From the NCBI GenBank assembly GCA_964016885.1, contig OZ024741.1, positions 320,540,001 through 320,604,000 on the forward strand: a stretch of 64,000 nucleotides of DNA, written 5' to 3'. Under the pieces are notes generated by a model. It did no database searches and was not told the DNA's origin. It saw nothing but the letters and a program-made list of their open reading frames with translations. Shown here piece after piece: positions 49,310-63,276 of the stretch. This stretch comes from Eledone cirrhosa (lineage: Eukaryota). Each line of letters opens with the position of its first letter. Position 1 is the first letter of the stretch. The translations under genes were made by a program, and so were the position numbers.

Positions 49310-49580
49310 TTCAGAGACGTAGGTTGATAGGTTGCTCGACTGTAAAGGAGTGTGAAGAATTAGTAAATTTGTATTCCAATGTTACTAAGTAGTTGCATTG
49401 GATGGAGTCAACCGACGTCAGAGATTGCTCAACGTATAATAAAGTGTGTTTTAAAATCCGGAGAAAATATGGAGAAGAAGTTTACGAAATGGAAATGCGG
49501 GTATATAGAATTTAATATAAAACACACTTTATTATATATATATATATAGATAGATATAGATATATAGATATAGATATATA

Positions 49581-52500
49581 CTAGCAGTTTAGCCCGGCGT
49601 TGCTCGGGTTTGTTCATTTGGCATGAAAAGTTACAAACAGGTAAACGTAGCTTAAAAGCGCATAAGCTTATCAATTAAGTGCATAAAGCAGTTGAACCGG
49701 TTATTAATAGTTACGAACCAATTAGCATTTTGGACAATCAATGATGGGTTAATAATCTTCCAATAGCGAATTTAGTAGACCAAAGCTGCAATATGGTGGC
49801 CCTGATGCCGCTAGGTGTCAGATCTGTCCGCTATGGGTGACCCTACCAGTTTTCCAGACGGCATAGCTCCAACACCTGCACCAACATCTATAGCACCTCT
49901 TTGAAGACGATATTGCGTGTCATCCCTTGAGGAGTGTAAGCAAAAAGTCCATTCCTGCTCGCTACGCGGGAACAGGCAACATAAAGTTAGCCATGGGAGA
50001 AGCATGACTCCCCCAAAGGGATGCCCTCCACCGACAATGTTTGCCCTCGTGACTTGTTAATGGACATGGCAAAACATGGTCTCCGGAAATTGGGATCGCC
50101 GGAAATCGAACTGGATATCTGACGCCGAGGGGAAAAGTTTCATCCTTGGAATGAAAACATTCTCCCCTCTCCCGCACCCCGTTACAATGGTGGCCTCAAT
50201 CTAGTGGGGCGTCAGTGACTTGACGACCATGCGAGTACCGTTGCACTCCTTATTAGCATAAGGGGACAGCCAACCCTAAGCTTAAGAATGTGAGGTGGGA
50301 GCCCTGGGGGCTCAAGGGAATTTAATAACTCAACCGGATAATTAACGATATCGTCGGGGTCTGACGTCCGGTCGATAGATTTGAAGATGTGTTCTTTACC
50401 GGGAATTTTCTCAATCAGCTGCTCATTAATAAAATTAACCATGGTATTTTTCGGAGCCAATCGAGATTTTTAAAGTTAGATGAGACATTAGCAAAAACTG
50501 CTTTCCAAAGGTCAGAAGGGCTGCTCACAATGTTGCACAGGGAGTCGATTGCTATGCCGCCCTTGTCATCCGCAGGGACCTTGCCCTCACCAAGTGCTAA
50601 AATATTCTGAGCAAATGCTGCAGACATGTTGTCACCATGCAAATGAGCACGCATATTTGTGCTCAGGTACAAACTCTTCACCTGGAGCTACAACATGGAC
50701 GCTTAAGACAGGCACGCACTTCATCAGCCCTTATCCCTTTGGGGATGACAGGCAGCGTTTGCCGAAAATCCCCTGATAGCAGAAGGGTTACGGCACCCAT
50801 AGAAGTAGTAGAATCCCTAATGTCTTTCAGGGTCCTGTCCAATGCCTCAAGAACACCCTTGTGTGCCATTGTTCACTCATCAATTTTTGAGAACCAGAGC
50901 TTCGTGTGAACTCTTGCTGATATTCCATGTTGGTGTCTCAGTTTTTACTAAATCCAAGGGGAGTTTAAAGGTTGAATGTACTGTCCTGCCTCCCGGCAGC
51001 AAAGTAGCAGCGATCCCGGACGATGCAACGGCCAACGCAATTTTTTTCTCCTGAAGAATCTTAGCGAGAATCAATTTCGTTACATAAATTTTTCCGGTAT
51101 CCCAGGGAGCATCGAGAAAGTAAATACCCCCAGTATGATTTTGAACCGCGTCAATGATAGTTAAATAGGCCAACCTTTGGTCCGACAGAAATTTGGGCTC
51201 ATTTTCCTCTAAGTATTGGGGAAAAGATTCGATGTCATATTCTGTTTCCCGCAACAAATCCGGGGTCAACGTGTTAGCTTCCTCTCTGACGATTGACGGC
51301 AAGCCATACGTCGCCAACTCACTCCCACCCATGTTGAGGAGGGCGTCCTCGATATCACTGAGTGCCCTGTTGTAGATTATGTCGCTGTAACCAACTTCCA
51401 CTGAAGTATACTGCAGATGAACCAGGCGCAGGAAGTCCTCAGACATGAAGTCTCTGTACTTGACCCATAAAGATTTGGGATCACCCAATTCACACTTTTG
51501 AAGCAAAATAGCAAAGAGTTCCCTTAGACCTTTAGGTGATTTCAACAAAGCACCCTCTGCTAAAGTGGAATCCCATTGCGAATCATCTTCCAAAAGACCA
51601 TGCTTAAAGCAGGCTTCCCGGTACGTATCACATATTTCTCCATCAACAGTTTTGATGTCCTGAAAACTGTGTGGGCCTTCAACTTCATGCAGAAGAAGGC
51701 GGAGATGAAAGCACTCATGCTGACTTGGGGGCACAGTGTAAACCTTTCCAAGACAGCTGTCAAATTTTACACCAGGATGTCTTTCAGCAGCCTGACCTGA
51801 TTTTCTTCGCACCCAAGTGTTTTTCGACCATATAAAGTAGGATGGAACCTGGGAGTATACAATTGTTTGCGCAAATGTATCGAACTGGCAAAGTTTGAAG
51901 AAACCCGTCAGAGGGGTCCCTTTTGGATCGGCGGCCAACTTGGCGGCGGTTTGGTCCGTAAAGTAAACCCTTTGCCCATTTTCCAAATGTACCGTAAGCT
52001 GTACGATGGCGGGGTGCCGTTGGTGTAGGGGTAAACCAAATAGGCGCCAAAAAGCTTCATTGCTACTGATGTACCGCCCCGCCAGGTATTCTGTGACCTC
52101 GACTCTGCTATTTTCAGCTTGAAATGCGAACATTGCGGCACCAGAGCCCTTATATACATATTTGCATATGTATTTTATCGACTTGACGGAGTTGCAAAAC
52201 GCAACGTTGATGTGGGCGTTGAACACCTTCAAGAGAAGCGGGCAGTAAGGGACCACCCATCTATTGTCGACTTGACCTCCTCTTACTGTTGTGGTGAAGC
52301 CACCGTTCTCGGGCCGTCTCCGCCTGTACAGGGGTTCCCGTCGCCACCAGTTGAATTTGGTCAACACATTTTTGGGGGTATCCCTTGCTGAACGACCCCC
52401 CCCCTTCAGACACGTGTGATGCTCATTAGGACCCAACGCACACGGACCATGAATCATGTTACCTTTGACGATGTCATGTAATTCCTGGTCAGTTGCTGGG

Positions 52501-53886
52501 TTAGGGATTTCAGCCGAAATGTAGCTGTCTATGGCATTTGAATTGATTTTATCAGCTAACCAAATCAAATGTGAGCTTGTGGCAGCCCTCGTTTTTGCCA
52601 TTCGGCGGTGAACATGTCACATTTTACAGCTCCAAATACCTGACCTTTTTTATTAAAGCCATGAGTTTAACCAGTTTCAGTCTGAACACTCTGGCAATGA
52701 GGTCATGTCTGTTCGAATAATTTTTGCCCAGGAAAAAGTTCACGGGTTACATTCCGATTCATATGTCTATCGCATTAAACTGTTATATGAAGTGTTATTC
52801 TGCGGGTTATTATTTGCAATAAGCCGATTGAAAATGCCCCAGAATAGCCGTATGTCAAAACGGAACGCTCCACTGCAGTGTTGTCATATAGGGAGTGAAG
52901 AGCGACAGAGAGAGTAAAGCAGTTAAATTATAGAGAGGGGGAATATACGGAACGGTCCATTTGATCATATACATTGTTTCTCTCTCGGCAGTGTTGTCAT
53001 ATAGGGAGTGAAGAGCGACAGAGAGTTTGTTGTCTTATAAATTCATCTGTTGCATTTGAATATTTGTTATTTGATGTAAAATGTAACTGTGTAAAATGTA
53101 ACGTTGAGAGAGCAGTATGTATTTAGTGTTATCGGCTTTTTAAATTTTGATATTTGATATATGAGTGTCGTTATGACTGTTTGTTGTTGTATAAAATGAT
53201 GTGTTGCTTAGTTATCAAAGTTCTTTTCGCGTTCCCGAACGAATAGGGCGAATGATCTATTATATACAGAAAGAAGAGCGACGGATAGAGTGAAGCTAGT
53301 GTTAAACCTCGAAGCATGAAGAGAGTAAAGCAGTTAAATTATAGAGAGGGGGAATAATTTATTGTAGAGAGAGGGAAGAGCGACGGAGGGAGTAAAGCTA
53401 TGGTTGTTGTGTTGCTTCGGTTTCAAAGTTTGTGTCGCGTTCCTTCAAAAGAAGTTTTGTCCTTGTTCTAAATTGTAATGGTGATAGAGTAGTAGACGGA
53501 GGCAGTAACCTTTTAAAGAGAGTTGCAGAGGAGATTGAGGGGGGGGGGGGTAGAGAGAGTGATTAACCTTTTAAAGAGAGTTGCAGAGGAGATTGAGAGT
53601 GGAGTAGAGGAAAGGATGAACCTTTTAAAGAGAGTTGCAACATGTATGTAGTTTCATATATTTTTGATGGTAGTAGTGAGAGGAATGAAGCGTGTAAGAG
53701 AGAGGGTTACAGCATGTATTTAGTTTTATCGATTTGTTTTCATAGAAGCAGGAAACTTTTGGCAAATATAATTACGCGTTGACCTGCCCTGGTAAATTTG
53801 GAGCACATTAGAAAAAAATCATCAAAATCGGTAGAGAAATGTGGAAATGCATATAAATCATACACACACACAGACAGACATCTACC

Positions 53887-53900
<14 letters not shown>
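49581..53900 (-). mobile_element. Helitron, decayed autonomous copy
   Basis: 3' end hairpin AACCCG-AGCAACGC-CGGGCT plus 6 nt plus CTAG|T at 49581; 5' end lost in (TA)n near 53900; Rep and Pif1 helicase coding remnants. Confidence 0.9.
50212..52720 (-). pseudogene. Helitron Rep/Pif1 helicase, frameshifted
   Basis: EWQKRGLPQAH (Rep motif 2, frameshifted), MIHGPC, DNRWVVPY, SIKYICKYVYKG, ASSGIAATLLPGGRTVHSTFKLP, GDFRQTLPVI, LSTNMR, PPHILKLRVG. Confidence 0.92.
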
Positions 53901-53941
<41 letters not shown>

Positions 53942-53943
<2 letters not shown>

Positions 53944-54200
53944 AAACAATGAAAGGAAATTTCATTTCTCAGTCTTAGTACGGCTGTTACTTAAATATAA
54001 ATATGTATACGTACATACATATATGTATACAGACGTACAGTAGTATGTATATATATACATACATGCACACATATATATGTGTACGTATGGGTTTACCGAA
54101 CATTTATTATAATGCTGGGTTTGTTAGTAAACAAACAGCCTGAATCAAGCCGTACAGTGTTTAGCAACCATCGTTGCTCTTTTGTTCAACACTGACAAAT
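53942..54200 (-). mobile_element. Single copy of the 428 bp retrozyme-like family
   Basis: Homologous to the reverse complement of 63545-63803; (TA)n on both sides. Confidence 0.75.
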
Positions 54201-54201
54201 A

Positions 54202-54272
<71 letters not shown>

Positions 54273-55202
54273 TCAGGGTGTCCCAAAAATTCTATACACA
54301 CTTTGATTACCTGTACAGGTAATATTTATTAGAAAGCCATTGAAGTTGTATGCTATTTTGAGACACTCTGTATGCATATATATATATATATGTGTGTGTG
54401 TATGTGTGTGTGTGTGTGTGTGCGCGCGCGCGTGTGTGTGTATATATATGTGTGTGTGTGTGTGTGTGCTAATATATCAGGATATATTTATGGGTTATAC
54501 GTACTGTGGAGGAAGTATGCAACAGAGCCATAGTAATGTGTTTTAATATAAACAAGAATATAGGTACAAATTACATAATTAAGTAAAATAGTCGTACTAA
54601 AATGTCAAACATACCGCAAGTTTTTGATATGCTTCTATAGTTTTGTCCACGGAGTGCAGCTGAAACACCACCCCACCCCAGACATAGAGCCTACTACCCT
54701 CACCCCCACTTTCTACTCATTGCTTTTTCCCCTCCTTTCCTATACAGTCAGATCTGCGCTTCGTTACACCCCAACCCTTCACCCTCTGTTCGTTGCTTGG
54801 TTTTGTTTCTGTTCCCTTTTTATCTTCTTTCTTTTCTTTCATATTTCCGTGAATATTTGTAATGTTATTTATACAACTGTCAATTGATTTACTGTCTGTA
54901 ATTTTATTTTATAACATGGAATATAAAACGTTGATATATTTCAAAAAGTGAGTTAGTTTGTCATACGTCATGTACATCCACATCTTTTATTGTTACTTTT
55001 GTTGATAGTCGACCGATGAAGTTGTCGTTTTACGAGGCGGTGGGGTTATCCAGTTACCATATGAATCTTTCACAATAAGGTTTATGATTACAGGGCAGAC
55101 AACAAATACGAAAACATGTATAACTGTTGGTGTTGTCGTTGTTGCCGTTTTTGTTGTTTTTGATTTTGTTATCGTTGTATGCAAGTACGTATGTATAGAG
55201 TA

Positions 55203-55365
55203 AGGCGGCAAATTGACAGAGTCGTTAGAACGACGGATAGAATGCTTTATGGTATTGGTTCCGGCTCTCTGCTCTCTGAGTTCAAATCCCGCCGTAGTCA
55301 ACTTTGTCTTTCATCCTTTCAAGGCCGATAAAAAAAAATGTACCAGTTTAGTACTGGGGTAGGTT
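55203..55365 (+). mobile_element. tRNA-derived SINE, related subfamily
   Basis: GAGTTCAAATCCCGCC; CTTTCATCCTTTCAAGGCCGATAAA...TACCAG. Confidence 0.7.
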
Positions 55366-56521
55366 CTTCCTCTATATCACTTTCTTATTTCCTCTGGAAG
55401 AAATCGTCTCTACTCAGGCCTGGAGAAGGATGGGCTCCGCAAGGCTTAAAATACCCAAGAAACGCCGGATATCAATACGGGGCCTCTACTACTCTATCAG
55501 GAGTTACGGGACCATATATACATACATGTATATAGTGACCAACGGTATCATAACGAATCAGACAGTGAAAGTTTCTGCAGCACAAACTTTCATACATCTC
55601 TGACACCCGTCTCACAATCATGGCAGATAGACTAGAGGATAGCAATGGAGACAAGGAAATAGCGGGTTGCCAATCCAAACCCAAGAAGATAAGTAGGAAG
55701 GTCGTTCGAGGATACAGAACACCAGATAATTGTTAATTCGCCTAATCTTGTGTATGTATATTTTGTGAATAGGTTACGTTAGTGAAGCTAAAGGCTTTAT
55801 ACAGTTATTGGGCAGTATATCTCTGAATGTTTACAGATTTGTCAACTTTTCCCGTCCGACGGGGAGAGCTCCTATTCACTTTGGGTGGGTGAGAGATGTC
55901 TTCTCTAGTGAAAATGGGTATAGCTTTCATCGTATAAAATCTCCCCATTTTGTCTCATTTCTTCCCGTTTTGGGACACCTTGTTTCATGCTTTTGGGTTT
56001 TTGAGGTTGGCAGGTCTGTGTTTATGTTGTGAAAACAGAATGCTTGATGCATGAAACTAAGCCATAATATATTATATAATCTAGTATACAATTAAGGATA
56101 GAGAAGACGGTAAATAAATTTCATTCTCAACATACCTCTTCTTTCGTGTTTCTATGACCACGGCTTCAGTCATTCCATCTTCTTTGTGTTTCCCATTCTA
56201 CCTACCCATAAATATTAATACACATATCTAGGTGTCTATATCCCCAATCACTGCATGCCTACATACTCCAATTATTTTAATCTTTCACTGTCTCGGTTAG
56301 GTACATGTATATACAAGCATACTCAACCCTTTTCTCATATTTTTTCGCTTTCACTTCCTTTTCTCTTTCTTACTTTTGTCTTTTTCATATATTAAGCATA
56401 TTTTTAAATTTTATTCCTTATTTTTATACTTTACTGCTTATTTATTACTTCATTTTTATCTGTTATTAGAAGTTTTACAAAACAAATCCATATATATGTA
56501 CGTATATGCGACCATATGTGC

Positions 56522-56603
<82 letters not shown>

Positions 56604-56788
56604 ATCTCTATCTCTCTCTATGCTAACTCCACTTTTCCCTTCACTGCTCTGAATACACACATACACACCCTGATATTAACATACTTTTGCTCATAGCTTG
56701 GTACTTACATGCACACACACTTTTAGTCACATATACACACACATATTTTCTTAGCTTCGTACGGACGTATAATATCACACACACATGC

Positions 56789-56895
<107 letters not shown>

Positions 56896-57132
56896 CACAC
56901 ACACACACAGACGTGCACAAGTATAGCTCTTTTTACAAAACGTTTTTTTTTCCCATTTAAGGTAGACGCGTTCCATCATCCACTTTTCTAAAAAATAAAT
57001 CATACACAAAACGCCGGCACCAACAGTTTTGCAAGAGATGTCAACATGAATGGACCTGTTATTTTTATCTAAAGACATTTTTTCCAATTCCAACCAGCCC
57101 GTCCGCTCAATCTATCTTATTTCTCATTCTTT

Positions 57133-57167
57133 CTTCTGATAAAGGCCTAGCGTCCGAAACGTTAAGG
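57133..57167 (+). ncRNA. Degenerate minimal hammerhead
   Basis: CTT-CTGATAA-AGGC-CTAGC-GTCC-GAAA-CG-TTA-AGG; G8A uncompensated. Confidence 0.4.
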
Positions 57168-57447
57168 CCCTCTCCCTGCTATATCAAGCGTTAACCTAAT
57201 ATATCCCTTCCATATACTGTGCCGATTGTGTTGTTATTTCTGTTTACATTTTACATACATATATATATATATAAATATATACATATATATATATGTGCGT
57301 GTGTGGTGTATGTGTGTGCGTGCGTGTGTGTGCGTGTGTGTGTGCGTGTGTGTGTGCCTGTATACGTATTACCGTGTTTTAGATTTTCCTGTAGACAATA
57401 GTATGTACATATGTGTATGTTCATGTGAGAGTACATTTTGATGCGCA

Positions 57448-57527
<80 letters not shown>

Positions 57528-58312
57528 TCTGTGCGTGTGTGTGTGTGTGCGTTTGCGCGCATGTATATATATATATATATATATATATACACTACCTGAA
57601 ATATCGCCGTCAGGGCGGTTTGCTGCCAGTGAAGTACATTTTGTGCGCAATGTATTCAACATTTATAGAAAAAAGTAAGCTACATATTTGACTCATAAAT
57701 GATACAAGTTGCGGTACATAAAATATACAAAGAACTTTATTTTCTATTTTAGGTAAAGATGGGATATAAGTAAGCAATAAGCAAGGCCACGATAGAAACA
57801 TCTGAGCCTCACACTTTCGAAGAGATTCAAACTCGTATCGATTTTTTAAGAAAAATCTTCCCATCGACTCTCAGATATATCATAGCCTCTTTTCTCTGAG
57901 TGCGCTGAATGGTAAATTACATATAAATAAAGAACAACATTTTTTATGTGTCCGAACAATACAAACTCGCAACATCATATTTACCGTTGTCGACATGCAC
58001 ACACTGTATATGTATATGTGCATGGGTATGCATGTACCTTATATATATATATAACACCAAAGTAACGCTGGAGCCACTTTTTTAACATAAAAACAGGTAG
58101 AATTCCCAAAACTAATCAGATCAGAGCAAACAGCACGGACACTCTATCTCAAAATTATTTTTGAAAAGCATTTAGAAATGCGCAACCGGTAAAAACTTAA
58201 AAACTTAAAACCACAACTGAATACTAACCCATACAATCACTAATACTCTTTTATTCCTAATTAAACCATTTTTCAGCTGTGAACAATTTGTCAGCATTTT
58301 CTATTCCGTTTA

Positions 58313-58371
<59 letters not shown>

Positions 58372-58374
<3 letters not shown>

Positions 58375-58832
58375 GAAGTTATATTTAATTTGTTGGGATA
58401 CAACAAGCAAATATTTTTATAACTAATATAAAGCACTCAACAAATTTTTGGAGTAAAAATACAATATATTAACAAATGGAAACTATATTTATAAAACCAT
58501 ATTTATTTCATTATGCATATTTCAAGGACACCAAAGCAAATTATGGTGCGCTTTCATCAGATAAAATATAATATAGATCAGTTTTATAAACAAATATTGA
58601 CATACCCTTAAAGAATGCAACCATGTCGGTTGGAAGCGCTCCACTATCCGGGAACTTCCAACCGGCATGGTTGCATTCTTTAAGGGTATGTCAATATTTG
58701 TTTATAAAACTGATCTATATTATATTTTATCTGATGAAAGCGCACCATAATTTTCTTTGGTGCCCTTGCAATATGCATAATGAAATAAATATGGTTTTAT
58801 AAATATAGTTTCCATTTGTTAATATATTGTAT
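58372..58832 (-). mobile_element. Fold-back PLE end (arms 58459-58636 / 58655-58832) with HHRs
   Basis: 178 bp arms, 18 nt spacer; intact HHR 58504-58568 (-); GAAA>GCAA copy 58723-58787 (+); (TA)n flanks. Confidence 0.85.
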
Positions 58833-58843
58833 ATATATATATA

Positions 58844-58981
58844 TAGTCCAGAAATAGCTGTCTAAACGGCTTGTGCTCTGCCTTCGGGTCTAAACATTTT
58901 CCTATTACCCACTCTACTATCCTAAGTATTGAGTACTCTGGTGCGTTATGGTCCACCTGGTTCCTTACCACACATCCTTCG

Positions 58982-58984
<3 letters not shown>
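58844..58984 (+). mobile_element. 3'-terminal fragment related to the array PLE
   Basis: Diverged homologue of the reverse complement of 8058-8197; same terminus CCTTCGTTA|(TA)n. Confidence 0.85.
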
Positions 58985-59033
<49 letters not shown>

Positions 59034-59129
59034 AACTGAGGTACAAGCTGCTAAATAGTCGGTCGTCCTCTTGTCTCTGATTTTCAGCCCCATGGATTTT
59101 ATCTGTTATATTCCTTTGTTATATTTCGA

Positions 59130-59187
59130 ATACCTGATGATATCACCGGATTCATACTGAACCCGGTCATTGAAATGATCATAGTAT
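59130..59187 (+). ncRNA. Minimal hammerhead in (TA)n-flanked insert 59032-59380
   Basis: ATAC-CTGATGA-(ACCGG/CCGGT)-GAAA-TGATC-ATA^-GTAT; palindromic loop TGATCA. Confidence 0.75.
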
Positions 59188-59557
59188 AATAAACCTCTCA
59201 AGGATTTACAGCAGTCCAGCCTCCTGTTATTTTATAATAATTAACTCCGTACTCGCACCACCAACTACACAAATGAAGACGGGTGAACTGCCCTACGTTG
59301 AGTACTCCCCATAATATTACATCGAGATTAACCATACGGAATGACCAGTTCTATCCAGCGGTGAACCAACTAACCTAAATATATATATATATATATATAT
59401 AAATGAAAGGTATAGAAAATATATATACTGTGCCGATTGTGTTGTTATTTCTGTATTTTATATATATAGTGGGGAAAAAGTGAAGATGTTAGAAAAAGTT
59501 CTATACAGATCACGATAAAAAAAATAGCGTTTGTAAAGCGCACCTGGTATATATATA

Positions 59558-59681
<124 letters not shown>

Positions 59682-59840
59682 TTGATATATATACATACAT
59701 ATATATTATAGTTGAAACATAAAACAAAAAAAACAACCCCGAGGAAGCGAAGAGGCGGTACAAAATGTTAATATTAGTTTCACGCTTGAGAGTGGGGGTC
59801 ATATATAGATAGATATATAGTTATATATAGTTATATATAC

Positions 59841-59878
<38 letters not shown>

Positions 59879-59911
59879 TTGTGCGTGTGTGTAAGTGTGT
59901 GTGTGTGTATA

Positions 59912-61510
59912 CTGGCTATTGGGAAAACGTGGCACAATTGTTGATGTTCAATTATACATTTATTAACATTTGAGTTTCACTTACACGTGTTTCAATATAT
60001 TACGTAACTGACGACCTGTGAAATCTATAATTCATTATTCCACTCTATTATGGCTCCAGTGCATTTCATCAGAGAGAGTTCACGGATAAAATGATGTTAA
60101 ATGCGTGTAAAACATATTTATATAAAACTCCTATACATGCACCCGCATACATATTCGCCACACCCATATATTCATGGCTGTTCCACCCCTTTGTTTACAT
60201 GCACATGTGTACTTATATATATATATTCATACATGCTCACGAACACACATTAATATACATCAGAATACATATATTTCCCTGTGTTTTCGAATTGTGAGAT
60301 GTTAATGGGATGTTCAGTATACTTGAAATTAGCCAATAGATGGTGTTAATGGGTCATTAGTTAAATGGAGATTGGTTGTAGGTATAAGTATATGTTATGA
60401 TAGGTTGTTGAAGAAATATGGTGATGTACATAATCTGCTAGGCGCATATTTGGCATTTTGTCAATCAGTGGTTAGTGTGAGGCATAAAGTGGTAGGGAAT
60501 TGAATCCCGAATACAGACAGGAAGTGGAAACAGGGGGGGGGGGTATATTGGGGAGGAGGTGACGATTAGTATTATATAGCAAATTTACGGGGGGGGGGGG
60601 TAGTGACTTTGAAGTGTAGAAGAATTGAAGAGAGGGTTGGTGTTGATAGGGTAATCATTATATCTTGGGTGGATGGGCGGTGGATTGGCAGTATCGGTGG
60701 AGGGTCGGACGCCATGCTTTCCAGCATAGTTACGTCCCTTTACGATCTGAGTTCAAATCCCGCCGAGGTTGACTTTGCCTTTCATCCTTACGGGGTCGAT
60801 AAAATAAAGTACCAGTAATACACTGGGTAATTGCTGGCCTTGTGCCTAAAGTAGAAACAATTATATCTTGGGTGGAGAAATTAGATAGCGCCATTTTAAT
60901 GGCAGGAAGACAAAACTTCATTGAATTGTAAATATCAAGAGACACATGGCTGTGGTAAGAATACGTTTATGGGGGGAGAGATGAGATATAGTGAACGTAT
61001 GTGTGGTGGTTAGTTTTACATTGAATGTGAGTGTAGAGATATGGGATAGAATTTTGGATAGTTTTGATAATGGATAGTGTGGGTGCTTTAGTTGTTGGCT
61101 GTAAATGGTTGTTTTAATTTGAAGTTAATGCATCGGTGCACTTATTATCTAAAACGTAATGCTATTATGCATACTATAATGTACTTACAGTTGTGCGTGT
61201 ATGACAATAGAATATGTATATCGTCTATGTTTAGTGGGTATGTTGGTATTATAGTTGATCTATTACGTTATATGGGCTGATCCATGGTAATGTATAGCCT
61301 CGGGCATTTCTATGTGAGCGAGGTTGCTAAATGTGAGTATTTGTGCTAGTACGGATTGTATTTCGAGGAGATTTCCAAAGTTCTATGTTGGCAATTGAAG
61401 ATTCGGTCATGTCTGGTGTTTAGTAGCTATTTTCCACTCATAACCTCGAACACTTCAAGAGAGCAAAGCTCGCATTTGTGATGGTCAACTTGGTATGGTC
61501 TGGTGGATCT
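59912..61510 (-). mobile_element. Old 5'-truncated PLE (endonuclease C-terminus, 3'UTR, HHR 59978-60076)
   Basis: Minus 61505-61380 translates RPYQVDHHKCELCSLEVFEVMSGK*LLNTRHDRIFNCQHR; HHR CTGATGA-AATG...TATT-GAAA-CACGT-GTA. Confidence 0.7.
60675..60859 (+). mobile_element. tRNA-derived SINE nested in PLE 3'UTR, 17 bp TSD
   Basis: TSD ATTATATCTTGGGTGGA at 60657-60673 and 60860-60876. Confidence 0.9.
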
Positions 61511-61737
61511 TAAAATGCATCATTAAAATATTTTTGATTCAATAATTTCTTGATTACGACATTCCTTGCAACGAGTTTGAATCCTAGATTTGACTTGAGT
61601 TTCTCCCTCTGGGCACTCAGGTCATCGCCGTATTTCCTTTTATATTCATTTAAATCAACTACAAAAATAAAATATATTCGTGCCAGTGCGTGTAAATATA
61701 TAAACTTGATACGCATTTGTCTTGGTGTTTGTATATA

Positions 61738-61816
61738 CATGGTGTCCCCCAAAAAACTCATACACACTTCAACAGCAGATAACTCAAAGTCTGTATACAT
61801 TTTTGGGACACCCTTT
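61738..61816. mobile_element. Possible Tc1/mariner-type mini-MITE
   Basis: Imperfect TIRs GGTGTCCC..AAAA / TTTTGGGACACC in TA context; the same end motif CAGGGTGTCCCAAAAA occurs at 54274. Confidence 0.45.
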
Positions 61817-62059
61817 ATATGCAAGTAATCGTTTATGCGTAGTTTTGCACACATGATAAAACACCTAATATACCCTTGCATGCTCTTTAAACAGATTTTA
61901 CATTTCCATCAACCGACTATATTTGGTACATATCAACCGTATACACGATCGTTATGTCATCCCGAAATATTAAGCCCTGTGTAAGCTCTGAAAGATTTTC
62001 AACATAAAAATAACATACGCACTCTACTTTTCACTCGATTCTTAATCAATAAATAATTA

Positions 62060-62154
<95 letters not shown>

Positions 62155-62282
62155 CACATATACATAGATATACACACAAACAGACATACTGACAGACATA
62201 CGCAATGCATACACATGCACAAATACACAAACATATAAAGCACCCTCGTGTGTATGTATATCTATAGCAATCTATATATCAA

Positions 62283-62318
<36 letters not shown>

Positions 62319-62339
62319 TGTATGTGTATATATGTGTGC

Positions 62340-62370
<31 letters not shown>

Positions 62371-62554
62371 CAAGTACAGCCACATAGACACACATATGAA
62401 GTATAGTTTCTTCAAAGTGTATTTAACGACTATTCCCTACCATTAATTAAAACAGACACGCCATAAAACGTAACATTTTGTTCAATGTTTCATAGAAATG
62501 AAAGCTATGTACGGTCTTTCGGTTACTTACATCACATAATTGCCTACAACAACA

Positions 62555-62900
<346 letters not shown>

Positions 62901-63195
62901 CAGCACTACATTGTTGTGGTTGTTATTTCGACTCTTACTATAGCCAAATCCGCCTCCAAACTGCCTAAAGAAACTTCCCCGCTCTTGTCTCTTTTCCTCA
63001 TTTAAAGAGAATCAATCGAATTTCCGATGGGAGATAAATCACTCCTGAAAGGTATGAGTTTGCCCATCACGTCATTTGAATTACGATGCCAGGAAATCAT
63101 GCATAAACACGTATAAAAATACACACACACACTCACAGAAACACGCATACACACATTTATTTATATATATATATTTATATATATATATATTTATA

Positions 63196-63258
<63 letters not shown>

Positions 63259-63276
63259 TTATATATATATATATAT

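Larger units (their letters stand above)
46453..49535 (-). mobile_element. Full-unit (3014 bp) decayed PLE with short terminal redundancy and ~20 bp 5' inversion
   Basis: 46453-46500 repeated at 49467-49514; (TA)n flanks; 49517-49536 inverts 49436-49455. Confidence 0.9.

Noticed and set aside
55415-55475. CTGGAGA...GAAAC hammerhead-like string
   Set aside because: Core mismatch and no valid stem I/III or NUH triplet.
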